From an uncultured Bifidobacterium sp. (GTDB lineage Bacteria; Bacteroidota; Bacteroidia; NS11-12g; UBA955), in NCBI GenBank assembly GCA_964654675.1, contig CAZZKP010000004.1, positions 1 through 33,914 of the forward strand: 33,914 nucleotides of DNA, read 5' to 3'. Both the position numbers and the translations under genes were made by a program. Positions 18,309 through 28,327 of this stretch are shown here, piece after piece. Positions within the stretch are counted from its first letter, which is position 1. Every line of letters starts with the position of its first letter. Under the pieces are notes generated by a model. The model had not been told where the DNA came from. It made no database searches and saw only the letters and a program-made list of their open reading frames with translations.

Positions 18309-19325
18309 ATGTTAGTCCGAAACAACCAAAATTTACAGCAATACAACACGTTTGGATTCAATGTTTCCGCCAATGAATTCCTCTCGATTTCGGACACAAA
18401 TCAACTCCAAGAACTCTTTGGGTCAGGGATTTTCAAACGAACCGATGTTGGCATTCTCGGCGGGGGAAGCAATATCACCTTTACCAAGAATTTTTCGGGA
18501 TTATTGCTCAAAAATGAAATCCTGGGCAAAACCCTCATTCAAGAATCCGTTGATGACGCCGTGATCGAATTTGGCGGGGGGGAATCATGGCACGGTGCCG
18601 TTTTGCATGCTTTATCACTCAATCTTGGAGGAATTGAAAACCTCAGCCTAATTCCAGGAACTGTAGGTGCATCACCCATTCAAAACATTGGCGCCTACGG
18701 GGTTGAATTAAAAGATGTTTTTCATTCCCTCTCAGCTTTCCACTTGGCCACCGGTGAAATTCATCATTTCGACGCAAAATCTTGTCGATTTGGGTACCGC
18801 GACAGTGTTTTTAAACGAGAAAAAAAAGGACAGTATTTTATTGTATCAGTGCAATTAAAATTGAGTAAAAACGCGGAGATCAAAACCCAATATGGCGACA
18901 TCCAAGCTACGTTAGACGGCTGGGGAGTAAAGAAACCCTCGATCCATGACATTTCAAAAGCGGTCATTTTTATCCGCGAAAGCAAATTGCCCAACCCCAC
19001 AGAGATAGGCAACTGCGGTAGTTTCTTTAAGAATCCGGTAGTTTCAAGCGACATCATTCCAGCGCTTCAATCGCAATACCCCGACATCAAAACCTTTCCA
19101 GCAGGAGCAGGTTTCACAAAAGTGCCAGCAGGATGGCTCATCGAAAAAGCCGGATGGAAGGGTTTTAGGCGAGGCGATGTAGGCGTTCATGCGAAACAAG
19201 CCTTGGTCTTGGTAAACTATGGAAATGGCACAGGCCAGCAAGTCATGGAATTGGCCCATGAAATCCAAGCAGACATACTCACAAAATTCGGCATCGAGCT
19301 CGAAATGGAGGTCAATGCTTGGTAA
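18309..19325 (+). CDS. murB: UDP-N-acetylmuramate dehydrogenase
   Basis: LGGGSN, IPGTVGASPIQNIGAYG, FGYRDSVFK, GSFFKNP and QALVLVN motifs. ATG 18309 preferred over TTG 18291 because a -7-like TAAATTTA lies at 18296-18303. Confidence 0.95.
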   Translation: MLVRNNQNLQQYNTFGFNVSANEFLSISDTNQLQELFGSGIFKRTDVGILGGGSNITFTKNFSGLLLKNEILGKTLIQESVDDAVIEFGGGESWHGAVLHALSLNLGGIENLSLIPGTVGASPIQNIGAYGVELKDVFHSLSAFHLATGEIHHFDAKSCRFGYRDSVFKREKKGQYFIVSVQLKLSKNAEIKTQYGDIQATLDGWGVKKPSIHDISKAVIFIRESKLPNPTEIGNCGSFFKNPVVSSDIIPALQSQYPDIKTFPAGAGFTKVPAGWLIEKAGWKGFRRGDVGVHAKQALVLVNYGNGTGQQVMELAHEIQADILTKFGIELEMEVNAW

Positions 19326-19368
19326 TCGCGGATTGGCTCTTTGAACTTTGTGCTGTAAATTGCACCCA

Positions 19369-21414
19369 ATGAAATCCAAAATTTGCCTGGTATTTTCTTT
19401 GTTGGTTTGCTTAAGCGCTTCTGCTCAACTGGGCAAGCCAGAATCACAGAATTCCTTGAAGAAAGGGGGCACTTGCGATGTCATTCGCGACATCAAAACG
19501 CCCATTTCGCACGTTTTTGATCCCGCCTCAGCGCCGAGCATTTGGATGATGCCCACCGATGAAGAGGCGGAAATGCCCTTGCCAGGAGGAATCAATGAGG
19601 AACTCAGGCGGGAAATTGATGCGGCTCGCTCCGCTCGCCGCCACCCCAACCCCATTCAAAACCGTGGAATTATCCATGATAAACCCACTCCCCCCAATTC
19701 CATCATCACCCAGCCCCAACGCGGTGTTGAGGTTCCGCCTGGCGGCGGAACCCCCAACGACAATCATATCGCCGTTGGCAACGATGGAAAAATTGTCTCC
19801 GTCATGAATACCGTTATCCGCGTCCATAACGATACCGGAAAAATTATCAAAGCCTTCACACTCGATTACTTCGCCAATAACCCCAATATCAAAAAAGATC
19901 CCATCCCTACCATGAATCGGACCTATGATCCGAGAGTCATGTACGACCCCTACAAAGACCGATACATCGTCGTTTTTATGCACGGTACCACCGATAAAAA
20001 TAGCTTTATCATCGTGGGATTCTCTACCACCAACGACCCCGCAAAACCCTGGAACGTCTATAAAATCCCCGGAACACCCATCCAAGATACCGTCTGGAGC
20101 GACTACCCCATCGTTTCGCAAACCAAAGAAGACATGTTCTTTACCGTCAACCTACTGCACAATGGAAGCAGCTGGGAAGAAGGTTTCGTAGAAGCCGTAA
20201 TCTGGCAACTCAACAAAGAAGATGGATTCAATGGCGATACCATGCACAAGAACTTCTTCCACAACATCAAATACAATGGCGTTTCGATTTGGAGCATCTG
20301 CGCGATACAAAATGGACCCATGCCAGACGGGGTCGACAACTACTTTATGAGTGTTAGGCCCTACACCAAGGAAAACGACACACTCTTTGTCCATCGAATT
20401 ACCAATACCCTCCGAAGCGGACAAGCCAATTATGAATTGGGGGTTCTCAAAAGCCCTTTGAAATATGGATTCCCTTCCAGTGCTCTCCAACCTGATACTG
20501 CATTCCGACTGAGAACCAATGATGCCAGGGTATTGAGTGGCGTTCGCATCGGCACACAACTTCACTACTTCCAAAATTGCCTTAACTTCAAAACAATGCA
20601 AGCCCATATCATGCATGGCAGTATCTATAACATCACTCTGCCAAACGGCGCCACTCGGATGGGGCTTCTTAAATGGAACGAGGGCGGGGCGGTGACCAAA
20701 GCACACCTATTCACCAACGATAGTTTGGACTTTGGATATCCCGCCGTCGCAGCCGCAGGTGAAGCGCCATCCTCTGAACTCTCGGCCCAAGACCCTTCCA
20801 TGATTGTCACCAGTGTCTATTCTGGCGCCAAACATTTCCCTGGAACAGGCGCTTTTTTCATCAATCGATACGGAGAATACAGCGATTACCAAATCCTCAA
20901 AAAAGGACAATCGATCATCAACTACACCTTCATCAAACCCAAAGAACAGCGTTGGGGCGATTACGAAGGCATCCAAGCCAAATTCAACGAAAAAGGCATT
21001 TATTACTTGGTTGGCTCATGGGGCAAAGGCAACAATATGAACGCCTATGTAGCTCGGGTAAAAATCAAAGACACCGTGGCCGACAACCCCATTTCAACCC
21101 TAAGGGTATTCCCCGTTCCCACCACCGAAAACCTAAACATCGAATTCCAAGTCAACACTGAAGCCACAATTGAGGGTCAAGTTTTCAATGTAAACGGCCA
21201 AAGCATAGGCATCGAATCAGGACAGTCCGAGAACAACGGCGCCACAGAAGATCGCAGTCGTTTCACTTTAACCGTTGAACCCGGCACACACCGATATGCA
21301 CTCCATACCCATGGATTGGCGAAAGGGGTTTATTTCGTACAACTCGAACTTACCAAAGGCAGTTGGGGCTTCACCTCCTCAGATACGCAGACGTTCAAGT
21401 TCATCGTCCAATAG
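19369..21414 (+). CDS. Secreted T9SS type A cargo protein of unknown function
   Basis: Signal peptide from ATG 19369; beta-rich body with PNDNHIAVG, DPRVMYD and RWGDY; C-terminal VFPVP, VFNVNGQ, KGVYFV and TFKFIVQ CTD motifs. Confidence 0.82.
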   Translation: MKSKICLVFSLLVCLSASAQLGKPESQNSLKKGGTCDVIRDIKTPISHVFDPASAPSIWMMPTDEEAEMPLPGGINEELRREIDAARSARRHPNPIQNRGIIHDKPTPPNSIITQPQRGVEVPPGGGTPNDNHIAVGNDGKIVSVMNTVIRVHNDTGKIIKAFTLDYFANNPNIKKDPIPTMNRTYDPRVMYDPYKDRYIVVFMHGTTDKNSFIIVGFSTTNDPAKPWNVYKIPGTPIQDTVWSDYPIVSQTKEDMFFTVNLLHNGSSWEEGFVEAVIWQLNKEDGFNGDTMHKNFFHNIKYNGVSIWSICAIQNGPMPDGVDNYFMSVRPYTKENDTLFVHRITNTLRSGQANYELGVLKSPLKYGFPSSALQPDTAFRLRTNDARVLSGVRIGTQLHYFQNCLNFKTMQAHIMHGSIYNITLPNGATRMGLLKWNEGGAVTKAHLFTNDSLDFGYPAVAAAGEAPSSELSAQDPSMIVTSVYSGAKHFPGTGAFFINRYGEYSDYQILKKGQSIINYTFIKPKEQRWGDYEGIQAKFNEKGIYYLVGSWGKGNNMNAYVARVKIKDTVADNPISTLRVFPVPTTENLNIEFQVNTEATIEGQVFNVNGQSIGIESGQSENNGATEDRSRFTLTVEPGTHRYALHTHGLAKGVYFVQLELTKGSWGFTSSDTQTFKFIVQ

Positions 21415-21504
21415 AACGTAGGACCCTTTTGAATCTCTCGTCATACTCCGTGAATAGAATCTCCATTTTTTCCACTATCTACCGAAAATCCAACAAATAA
21501 ACCC

Positions 21505-22224
21505 TTGGAAAATCTCAATCCAAACGCCCGCGCCAAAGGAGAAATCATTCTCATCAACAAACCGTACGGATGGTCGTCTTTCCAAGCGGTGAAGAAAATC
21601 AAATATGTTACCAAAGCAAAAAAAGTGGGCCATGCGGGCACGTTAGACCCCCTCGCCAGTGGCCTATTGATCATTTGCACAGAACAACAAACCAAAGGTA
21701 TCCAAGCCATTCAGGACGCCGACAAAGAATATGAAGGCACGTTGGTATTGGGTGCCACTACCCCCAGTTACGACATGGAAACGGAACCCAATGCACATTT
21801 CCCCACCGAACACATCACCGAGGAAATGATTCATGCAATTGTCCCTCAATTTTTGGGCGAAATTGATCAAATACCCCCCTTGTTTTCTGCTTTAAAGGTA
21901 GATGGAAAAAGGGCTTACAAATTGGCCCGACAAGGCGATGCCACTGTACTGAAATCCAGAAAAATCACCATTCATACTTTGGAATTCACGCGAATCGAAT
22001 TGCCAGAAGTGGATTTCCGCGTCTGCTGCAGCAAAGGAACCTATATCCGCACCTTGGTCCTAGATATTGGCAACGCCCTTCAATCAGGTGCCTACATGTC
22101 GAGACTCGTCCGCACCAAAATCGGAGAACATCACATAGAAAACTCCGTTTCACCACATGAGTTTGAAGAGGTTTTCAAAGCAAGAAAAATAGAAATTTCA
22201 GAGACTACCCAATCCAATATTTAA
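21505..22224 (+). CDS. truB: tRNA pseudouridine(55) synthase
   Basis: INKPYGWSS, KVGHAGTLDPLASG, PPLFSALKVDGKRAY and CSKGTYIRTL; TTG start. Confidence 0.96.
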   Translation: MENLNPNARAKGEIILINKPYGWSSFQAVKKIKYVTKAKKVGHAGTLDPLASGLLIICTEQQTKGIQAIQDADKEYEGTLVLGATTPSYDMETEPNAHFPTEHITEEMIHAIVPQFLGEIDQIPPLFSALKVDGKRAYKLARQGDATVLKSRKITIHTLEFTRIELPEVDFRVCCSKGTYIRTLVLDIGNALQSGAYMSRLVRTKIGEHHIENSVSPHEFEEVFKARKIEISETTQSNI

Positions 22225-22243
22225 AGTTTGGGCCAATTTTTGC

Positions 22244-22251
22244 TATCTTTG
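22244..22251 (+). promoter_or_regulatory. -7 element (TATCTTTG) for the TlpA gene
   Basis: Exact TAnnTTTG, 6 nt upstream of ATG 22258. Confidence 0.55.
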
Positions 22252-22257
22252 GCCAGC

Positions 22258-23511
22258 ATGCGCACGATACACAAAACTCTACGCTCTTTGGCTTTCATTG
22301 CCTTGTCGTTCACCTTGGTACAATGTACTGAACTCAACGCCGGAAAAGTAAAGCAGGACTTCAACAATTGGTTTACCGACCTCATTACACCACGTGCCTC
22401 TTCTTTGGAGATGGCGAACGATGGCTACATAGTGAAAGGAAACGTAAAAAATAAACCCAATCAGGTGATTCGCTTGTTCGAAATGACGGCGGAGGGATTG
22501 GTTTTCATCGACAGTACAATCACAGACAAAAAAGGTGATTTCAACGTCAAGGGAAGTACAAAAGAACTCATTTTCTGCGCATTGATGGTTTTAGACAAAC
22601 AGATGGTTTATTTGGCCTTGAATAACGCCACAGAAGCTACGCTTGCTATCGACGCCACCACCACAGGCATCAACTATACCCTCACTGGGAAGAACATTGA
22701 GGAGAGTCAGTCCCTGAAAGACCTATTAAAGTTAAACGAAGGTTTTTCTTCAAGGATCAAAGCATTGGAGGCAGAAGCGAGTAAATTGAATCCGAATACG
22801 GATGAAGGGTTTAACAAAATGCAAAAGTTACAAGCAGATTATTATGCCACTTTGAGTGAAAGAGCCAATTCCATTTTGAGTTTTGCAAAAGCCAGACCGA
22901 GTAGTTTTATTCCCTTTTTTATCCTTCATTTCAACGTAGTTCAAGACCCTACCATTGAATTGTTAACCGTGGCTCGCGATGCAGCAGTCAAAGCCGACCC
23001 AACCTCCAAATACACCCAAATGATTCAGCAAAAATACCAAGAGGAAGCAAAATTGATGGTGGGCGGTGAAGCGCCTGAAATCAATTTACCACAACCCGAT
23101 GGTAAGAATTTGGCCTTGAGTTCCTTGCGTGGAAAATATGTTTTGATCGATTTCTGGGCGAGCTGGTGCGGACCTTGTCGGAAAGAAAACCCATACAACG
23201 TTGAAATGTATAAGCGCTTCAAGGACAAAGGTTTCGAAATCTATGGTGTATCCTTAGATCAAGATCCAACGCGTTGGAAAGGTGCGATTGAGAAAGACGG
23301 ATTAACTTGGAAACACGTAAGTGATTTAAAAGGTTGGAGCAGTTCAGCAGGTCAGACTTACAACATTCACTCCATCCCTTCCACGGTATTGGTTGACCCC
23401 GCAGGAAAAATTGTAGCCAAAGGCTTAAGAGGTGAAGAGTTGGATGCGAAGTTGCAAGAATTGTTAGGCTCCCAGTCGCCGGAAAAAGCCTCCGGCACAG
23501 ATAAACCTTAA
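22258..23511 (+). CDS. TlpA-family disulfide reductase lipoprotein (N-terminal DUF4369-like region plus thioredoxin domain)
   Basis: Start revised to ATG 22258; LVQC lipobox-like site; LIDFWASWCGPCRKENP and IPSTVLVD. Confidence 0.88.
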   Translation: MRTIHKTLRSLAFIALSFTLVQCTELNAGKVKQDFNNWFTDLITPRASSLEMANDGYIVKGNVKNKPNQVIRLFEMTAEGLVFIDSTITDKKGDFNVKGSTKELIFCALMVLDKQMVYLALNNATEATLAIDATTTGINYTLTGKNIEESQSLKDLLKLNEGFSSRIKALEAEASKLNPNTDEGFNKMQKLQADYYATLSERANSILSFAKARPSSFIPFFILHFNVVQDPTIELLTVARDAAVKADPTSKYTQMIQQKYQEEAKLMVGGEAPEINLPQPDGKNLALSSLRGKYVLIDFWASWCGPCRKENPYNVEMYKRFKDKGFEIYGVSLDQDPTRWKGAIEKDGLTWKHVSDLKGWSSSAGQTYNIHSIPSTVLVDPAGKIVAKGLRGEELDAKLQELLGSQSPEKASGTDKP

Positions 23512-23586
23512 ATTGACCATTAGTTAATAGAAACATAATACATCGCGAGTTGAGAATTAACATCAATTCAATTCCTTTGTAACATA

Positions 23587-24273
23587 ATGATAAAAGGATT
23601 GCCAAAAGTATTAGTAGTAGATGACGAGCAAGACATTCTCGAGCTAATTAGGCATTCGCTGGCAAAAGAAGGTTTTGAAGTCCATATTGCAGCCAACGGA
23701 GCTCAAGCCGTTGAACAAGCAAAGAAAGTAAAGCCGGAAATCATTATCATGGACGTTATGATGCCCGTTATGGATGGCATGGAAGCGTGCAGACAGTTAA
23801 AAGACATTCCCGAAACCAAGAATATTCCTGTCATTTTCCTCACAGCCAGAAGCGAGGAATTTGCAGAATTGGCCGGGTTTGAAGCAGGTGCAGATGATTA
23901 TATTGCCAAACCTGTAAGAAATAGAGTTCTTTTGAGTCGAGTTAAAGCAATTTTGCGCCGAAGAAATGCACTTGTGACGCCCGAACCGGAAAAATACGAC
24001 TTCGAAAATTTGAAAATTGACCGAGAGCGATTTGTAATAGAATACAACGGAAAATCACTTCAATTCCCCCGAAAAGAGTTTGAATTGCTATCCTTCTTGG
24101 CATCAAGACCGGGTAGAGTATTTTCTCGCGATGAAATCTTGGAAAATGTTTGGGGCAACGAAGTGTTGGTTGTCGATCGAACCATAGATGTTCACGTGAG
24201 AAAAATTCGTGAGAAACTCGACGACAAATTCATCTACACAGTCAAAGGTGTCGGTTACAAGTTCGAGAGCTAA
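23587..24273 (+). CDS. OmpR/PhoB family response regulator
   Basis: VVDDE, MDVMMP (phospho-Asp), GADDYIAKP; winged helix RTIDVHVRKIREK and TVKGVGYK. Confidence 0.95.
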   Translation: MIKGLPKVLVVDDEQDILELIRHSLAKEGFEVHIAANGAQAVEQAKKVKPEIIIMDVMMPVMDGMEACRQLKDIPETKNIPVIFLTARSEEFAELAGFEAGADDYIAKPVRNRVLLSRVKAILRRRNALVTPEPEKYDFENLKIDRERFVIEYNGKSLQFPRKEFELLSFLASRPGRVFSRDEILENVWGNEVLVVDRTIDVHVRKIREKLDDKFIYTVKGVGYKFES

Positions 24274-25580
24274 TCCACCCCAAAAATCGAGAGCATCGCA
24301 CTCGCCTTATCCAAACATTCTTGGTATTCTTGTTCCGCAACACTGTCGTAAGTGATTGCACCACCCACGGCATAGGCCAAAGTATGCGACCGTGAATCAT
24401 ATTGCAAAGCGCGAATCACCACATTGAAATCCATATTCCGTTTCCAGATATATCCCACAGTTCCGGAATAAATACCGCGTGCAAATTCTTCCAGTTGATT
24501 CGTATGCTGCATCACAGAAATCTTGGGCGCACCCGTCATACTGCCCATTGGAAAAGTGGCATGCATCAATTCCTTGAAATCAACTTTCGATACCAAACGC
24601 CCTTCTACCGTAGATATCAACTGATGCACGTGTGAGAACGAATACACGCGACAGCATTCCGGCACTTGAACGCTTCCTACCTCACACACTTTTGATAAAT
24701 CATTGCGCACCAGATCCACAATCATAATATTCTCGGCGCGATCTTTCTCTGACTTCTCCAATTCGATGACAACGGCATCATCCATCAAGGGATCCACTGC
24801 GTTGGAATTCGCCTGAAATACCCTAGGCCTTGTCCCTTTGATGGGCTGCGAAAAAACCAAATCGCCCCGTTTCCCAAAAAATCGCTCAGGACTGGCACAT
24901 AACAAATATCGATTCCCGTCCTTCAAAAAAACTGAAAACGGCGCTGGCGCTTTTTGTGTCAGAAGCAAAAAAGCATCATAGGGATCCATCTCCTCTTTTG
25001 CCGTAAAGGCGATACAATAATTCATCTCATAAAAATCTCCCTCCACGATGTGCTGCTTGATTCGCTCAACATTGTCCATATACCTTTCCTTGGTTGTATG
25101 CGATTGCCATTGGGGTGAATGTCTCATGTCAAGATTATCGACAATAGAACCTCCCCTAAGGTGTAAAGCCAATGCGTCTTCCCCCTCTTCCAATCCCCCA
25201 TTTTCGGAACGGCGCATTTTCAGCAACGTCTCATCACCATGAATTTCGCCATTTTTTTCTATCGCTACCCAAACTTTAGGACTCACAAACTTTAGATCAG
25301 CAAATTCAACCAACTGCATGCAATCCGTTGTTAGAGACGGTTCGATTTGATTCTTATAATCGTACCCCAAATAACCCATAACTGGTTGAATAGGATTCTC
25401 TGGCACATCCGATAAATCCAAAAACTCCTCGGCAATGCCAAATCCAGCCATCAATGAAATGTCCCCCTTCAAATCCTCACGACCCCCACTTAGGAAAATA
25501 CAAACAAAAGACTCTTTTCTTGCTCTTTGAAGCAAACATTCAAGTTGGTATGTAATTGTAATTTGTTGATTTTCCATCAC
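24270..25580 (-). CDS. pabB: Aminodeoxychorismate synthase component I (chorismate-binding enzyme)
   Basis: ASPERF, PIKGTRPR, EKDRAENIMIVDLVRNDL and FPMGSMTGAPK; PIKGT favours PabB over TrpE. Confidence 0.85.
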   Translation of the reverse strand: MMENQQITITYQLECLLQRARKESFVCIFLSGGREDLKGDISLMAGFGIAEEFLDLSDVPENPIQPVMGYLGYDYKNQIEPSLTTDCMQLVEFADLKFVSPKVWVAIEKNGEIHGDETLLKMRRSENGGLEEGEDALALHLRGGSIVDNLDMRHSPQWQSHTTKERYMDNVERIKQHIVEGDFYEMNYCIAFTAKEEMDPYDAFLLLTQKAPAPFSVFLKDGNRYLLCASPERFFGKRGDLVFSQPIKGTRPRVFQANSNAVDPLMDDAVVIELEKSEKDRAENIMIVDLVRNDLSKVCEVGSVQVPECCRVYSFSHVHQLISTVEGRLVSKVDFKELMHATFPMGSMTGAPKISVMQHTNQLEEFARGIYSGTVGYIWKRNMDFNVVIRALQYDSRSHTLAYAVGGAITYDSVAEQEYQECLDKASAMLSIFGVD

Positions 25581-25583
25581 TTA

Positions 25584-27413
25584 TTACAATATCATTTGAT
25601 CATCTTCCACACTTTCATCTTCATGATAAAATCGATGAATTACGCGTGATTTCGCCACCCCAACCACCCCAGAAAGAACATCCATTGTCGCTTCTTTCAC
25701 CTTTTTTACACTCTTAAAATGTTTCAAAAGTAGCCTTGCTGTCTCTTCGCCTATCCCTGGAATTTCTGTCAATTCTGTCCTCAATGTACCCTTGTCTCTC
25801 CTACTTCTATGATGAGTAATCCCAAATCGATGCGCCTCATCTCGCATCTGCTGAATCACTTTCAACGTTTCCGATTTCTTATCAATATACAAGGGCAATG
25901 AATCCCCGGGAAAATAAATCTCCTCCAAACGTTTTGCGATCCCAACAATGGCCAATTTGGTATAAATACCCATCGACTTAAGCGCTTCCACTGCCGCACT
26001 CAACTGTCCCTTGCCACCATCCACCACGATCAATTGAGGCAAGGGTTTTTTCTCATCAATCATCCTTGAATATCTCCGAGTAATCACCTCTTTCATTGTC
26101 GCAAAATCATCGGGACCCTCTACCGTTTGAACATTAAAATGTCGATACTCAGACTTCGCCGCTTTTCCATTTTTGAAGACCACACAAGCACTCACAGGGT
26201 AGGTTCCCTGAAAATTCGAATTGTCGAAACACTCAATATGTCGAGGCAATTCACTCAATCGCAAATCCTTTTTCATCTGCTCCAACAATCGATCCACGCG
26301 GATTTCAGGATTCAGTTTTTCGTATTGCGAAAGTTTCTCCTGTTTATAGAGCAGCGTATTTTTCATGCTCAACTCCAACAAACGACGTTTATCGCCCATT
26401 TTCGGAACCGTCACTGCCACGCCATCCAATTCCAGATCAAGTTCGTGGCTCAAGACAATTTCTTTACAATGATCGCCGTATTGATTGCGCATCTCCGCTA
26501 CGGCCGAGGCCAACAGATCTGAATCCAATTCGTCCAGTTTTTTTCTAATTTCCACGTTGCGACTTACGATAATCAATCCTTGGCTTACACGCAAAAAATT
26601 GACGAACGCCACCTTTTCTGTACTACTAATACTGTACACTTCCAAATCCCCAAGCACAGTGCTAACAACCGTACTTTTGGATTGATATCGCTCCAAGGAA
26701 TCCAATTTCTCTTTATAGTCTTGGGCCTTTTCAAAAGCCAACTCGGCTGCGGCATTCAGCATCAAGTCTTTGAGATGTCGTTTCACCTCCCCCAAATTCC
26801 CTTTCAACAAATATTTGATCTGGGCGATACTTTCATTGTACGAAGATTCGGTTTGGTGCCCCTCACAAGGCCCCATGCAATTCCCCAATTGATATTCCAT
26901 ACAAATTTTGTGTTTGCCCGCGGCTACGCTCGCGGGCGTCATACCAAAATTGCAATTCCGGGTGGGATACAATTTCTTCACCAAATCCAAAACTGTGTGC
27001 ATCACCTTCACATTGGCATACGGCCCGTAATAATCAGACCCATCACGAATCGGATTCCTCGTGGGAAATACCCTAGGAAACCGCTCCGCTGTAATCCGAA
27101 TATAAGGATACGTCTTATCGTCCTTGAGTGAAATGTTGTACCTGGGCTGAAATTCCTTGATCAAACTATTCTCAAGCAGCAATGCGTCCATCTCCGTATC
27201 AACCACCGTGTATTCCAAAAACTGAATCTTACTCACCAAAATGGCCGTTTTGCGATTCTCATGCTGCTGCTTGGTAAAGTAACTGGTGACGCGTTTTTTG
27301 AGGTTTTTTGCCTTTCCCACGTAAATAATCACCTCATCCGCATCAAAATACTTATAGACCCCCGGCGAGTCTGGCAATGACTTTATCAATTTACTTAAAT
27401 GCGCAGGGACCAT
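25584..27413 (-). CDS. uvrC: Excinuclease ABC subunit C
   Basis: GIY-YIG motif (PGVY...IYVGKAKNLKKRV), IECFDNS, VDGGKGQL, RDEAHRF and HhH IPGIG. Confidence 0.97.
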   Translation of the reverse strand: MVPAHLSKLIKSLPDSPGVYKYFDADEVIIYVGKAKNLKKRVTSYFTKQQHENRKTAILVSKIQFLEYTVVDTEMDALLLENSLIKEFQPRYNISLKDDKTYPYIRITAERFPRVFPTRNPIRDGSDYYGPYANVKVMHTVLDLVKKLYPTRNCNFGMTPASVAAGKHKICMEYQLGNCMGPCEGHQTESSYNESIAQIKYLLKGNLGEVKRHLKDLMLNAAAELAFEKAQDYKEKLDSLERYQSKSTVVSTVLGDLEVYSISSTEKVAFVNFLRVSQGLIIVSRNVEIRKKLDELDSDLLASAVAEMRNQYGDHCKEIVLSHELDLELDGVAVTVPKMGDKRRLLELSMKNTLLYKQEKLSQYEKLNPEIRVDRLLEQMKKDLRLSELPRHIECFDNSNFQGTYPVSACVVFKNGKAAKSEYRHFNVQTVEGPDDFATMKEVITRRYSRMIDEKKPLPQLIVVDGGKGQLSAAVEALKSMGIYTKLAIVGIAKRLEEIYFPGDSLPLYIDKKSETLKVIQQMRDEAHRFGITHHRSRRDKGTLRTELTEIPGIGEETARLLLKHFKSVKKVKEATMDVLSGVVGVAKSRVIHRFYHEDESVEDDQMIL

Positions 27414-27417
27414 GGCA

Positions 27418-27425
27418 CAAAATTA
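27418..27425 (-). promoter_or_regulatory. -7 element (TAATTTTG) for uvrC
   Basis: Exact TAnnTTTG, 4 nt upstream of ATG 27413. Confidence 0.55.
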
Positions 27426-27439
27426 CGCGCAATATCCTA

Positions 27440-28270
27440 TCAATGGGTACCAATTTCAATGTGGCGAGACGTCAAAGATTCACCAAAGAAAAGGGAGGCT
27501 TGGAGATTAAACACAGAAGCGTCGTCTGTGGTAACAAATTCGCGCACCCCGCCTCGCCCCAAACCCGATTCAATTTCAGCATGTCGAAACAAATAGTCCT
27601 TCAATTTTTCTGCTACGATGCCGCCCTGGGTGACCAATTGAATTTCGGATGGCACAAATTTCTTTATCGTTTCCATCAACAATGGATAATGCGTACAAGC
27701 CAACAACAGCGTATCAATTTTGGGATTACGAGCCAAGATTCGATCCACATGCTGCTTCACAAAATAATCGGCACCTTCACCCAGCATCTGATTGTGCTCC
27801 ACCAAGTAGACCCACATCGGACAAGCTTCTTGCTCCACCAAAACCGAAGGGTAAAACTTCGCGATTTCCTTTGGATACGATTCAGATGCCACTGTCCCTG
27901 CAGTACCCAAGATGCCAACCACGCCAGATTTTGAATATTCCCCGATGGATTCTGTGGTAGGACGTATCACACCCAAAACCCGCTTGTGATCGTTGCGATT
28001 CGACAAATCAACCTGCTGAATCTGGCGTAGCGCTTTCGCAGAAGCCGTATTGCAAGCCAAAATCACCAAATCACAACCCTCATCAAACAACCAATTCACA
28101 CATTCTAAGGTATAATGATAAACCGTATCAAATGAGCGATTTCCGTAGGGTGCACGGGCATTGTCACCCAAATATAAATAATCGTATTCCGGCAAAACAT
28201 CCACGATGCTCCTCATTACAGTGAGACCACCGTACCCCGAATCAAATATGCCAATTTTGCCCTTTTTCAT
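27440..28270 (-). CDS. murI: Glutamate racemase
   Basis: FDSGYGGL, PYG, LACNTAS and LACTHYP catalytic Cys motifs. Confidence 0.97.
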   Translation of the reverse strand: MKKGKIGIFDSGYGGLTVMRSIVDVLPEYDYLYLGDNARAPYGNRSFDTVYHYTLECVNWLFDEGCDLVILACNTASAKALRQIQQVDLSNRNDHKRVLGVIRPTTESIGEYSKSGVVGILGTAGTVASESYPKEIAKFYPSVLVEQEACPMWVYLVEHNQMLGEGADYFVKQHVDRILARNPKIDTLLLACTHYPLLMETIKKFVPSEIQLVTQGGIVAEKLKDYLFRHAEIESGLGRGGVREFVTTDDASVFNLQASLFFGESLTSRHIEIGTH

Positions 28271-28304
28271 AAAACAAAGGACTGCTGAGTCTTCAACAGT
28301 CCTT
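28271..28304 (-). terminator. Terminator-like hairpin between skp and murI
   Basis: - strand AAGGACTGTTGA-AGAC-TCAGCAGTCCTT followed by TGTTTT and then the murI ATG. Confidence 0.6.
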
Positions 28305-28327
28305 CAAATGTATTGTAATACTATGAA

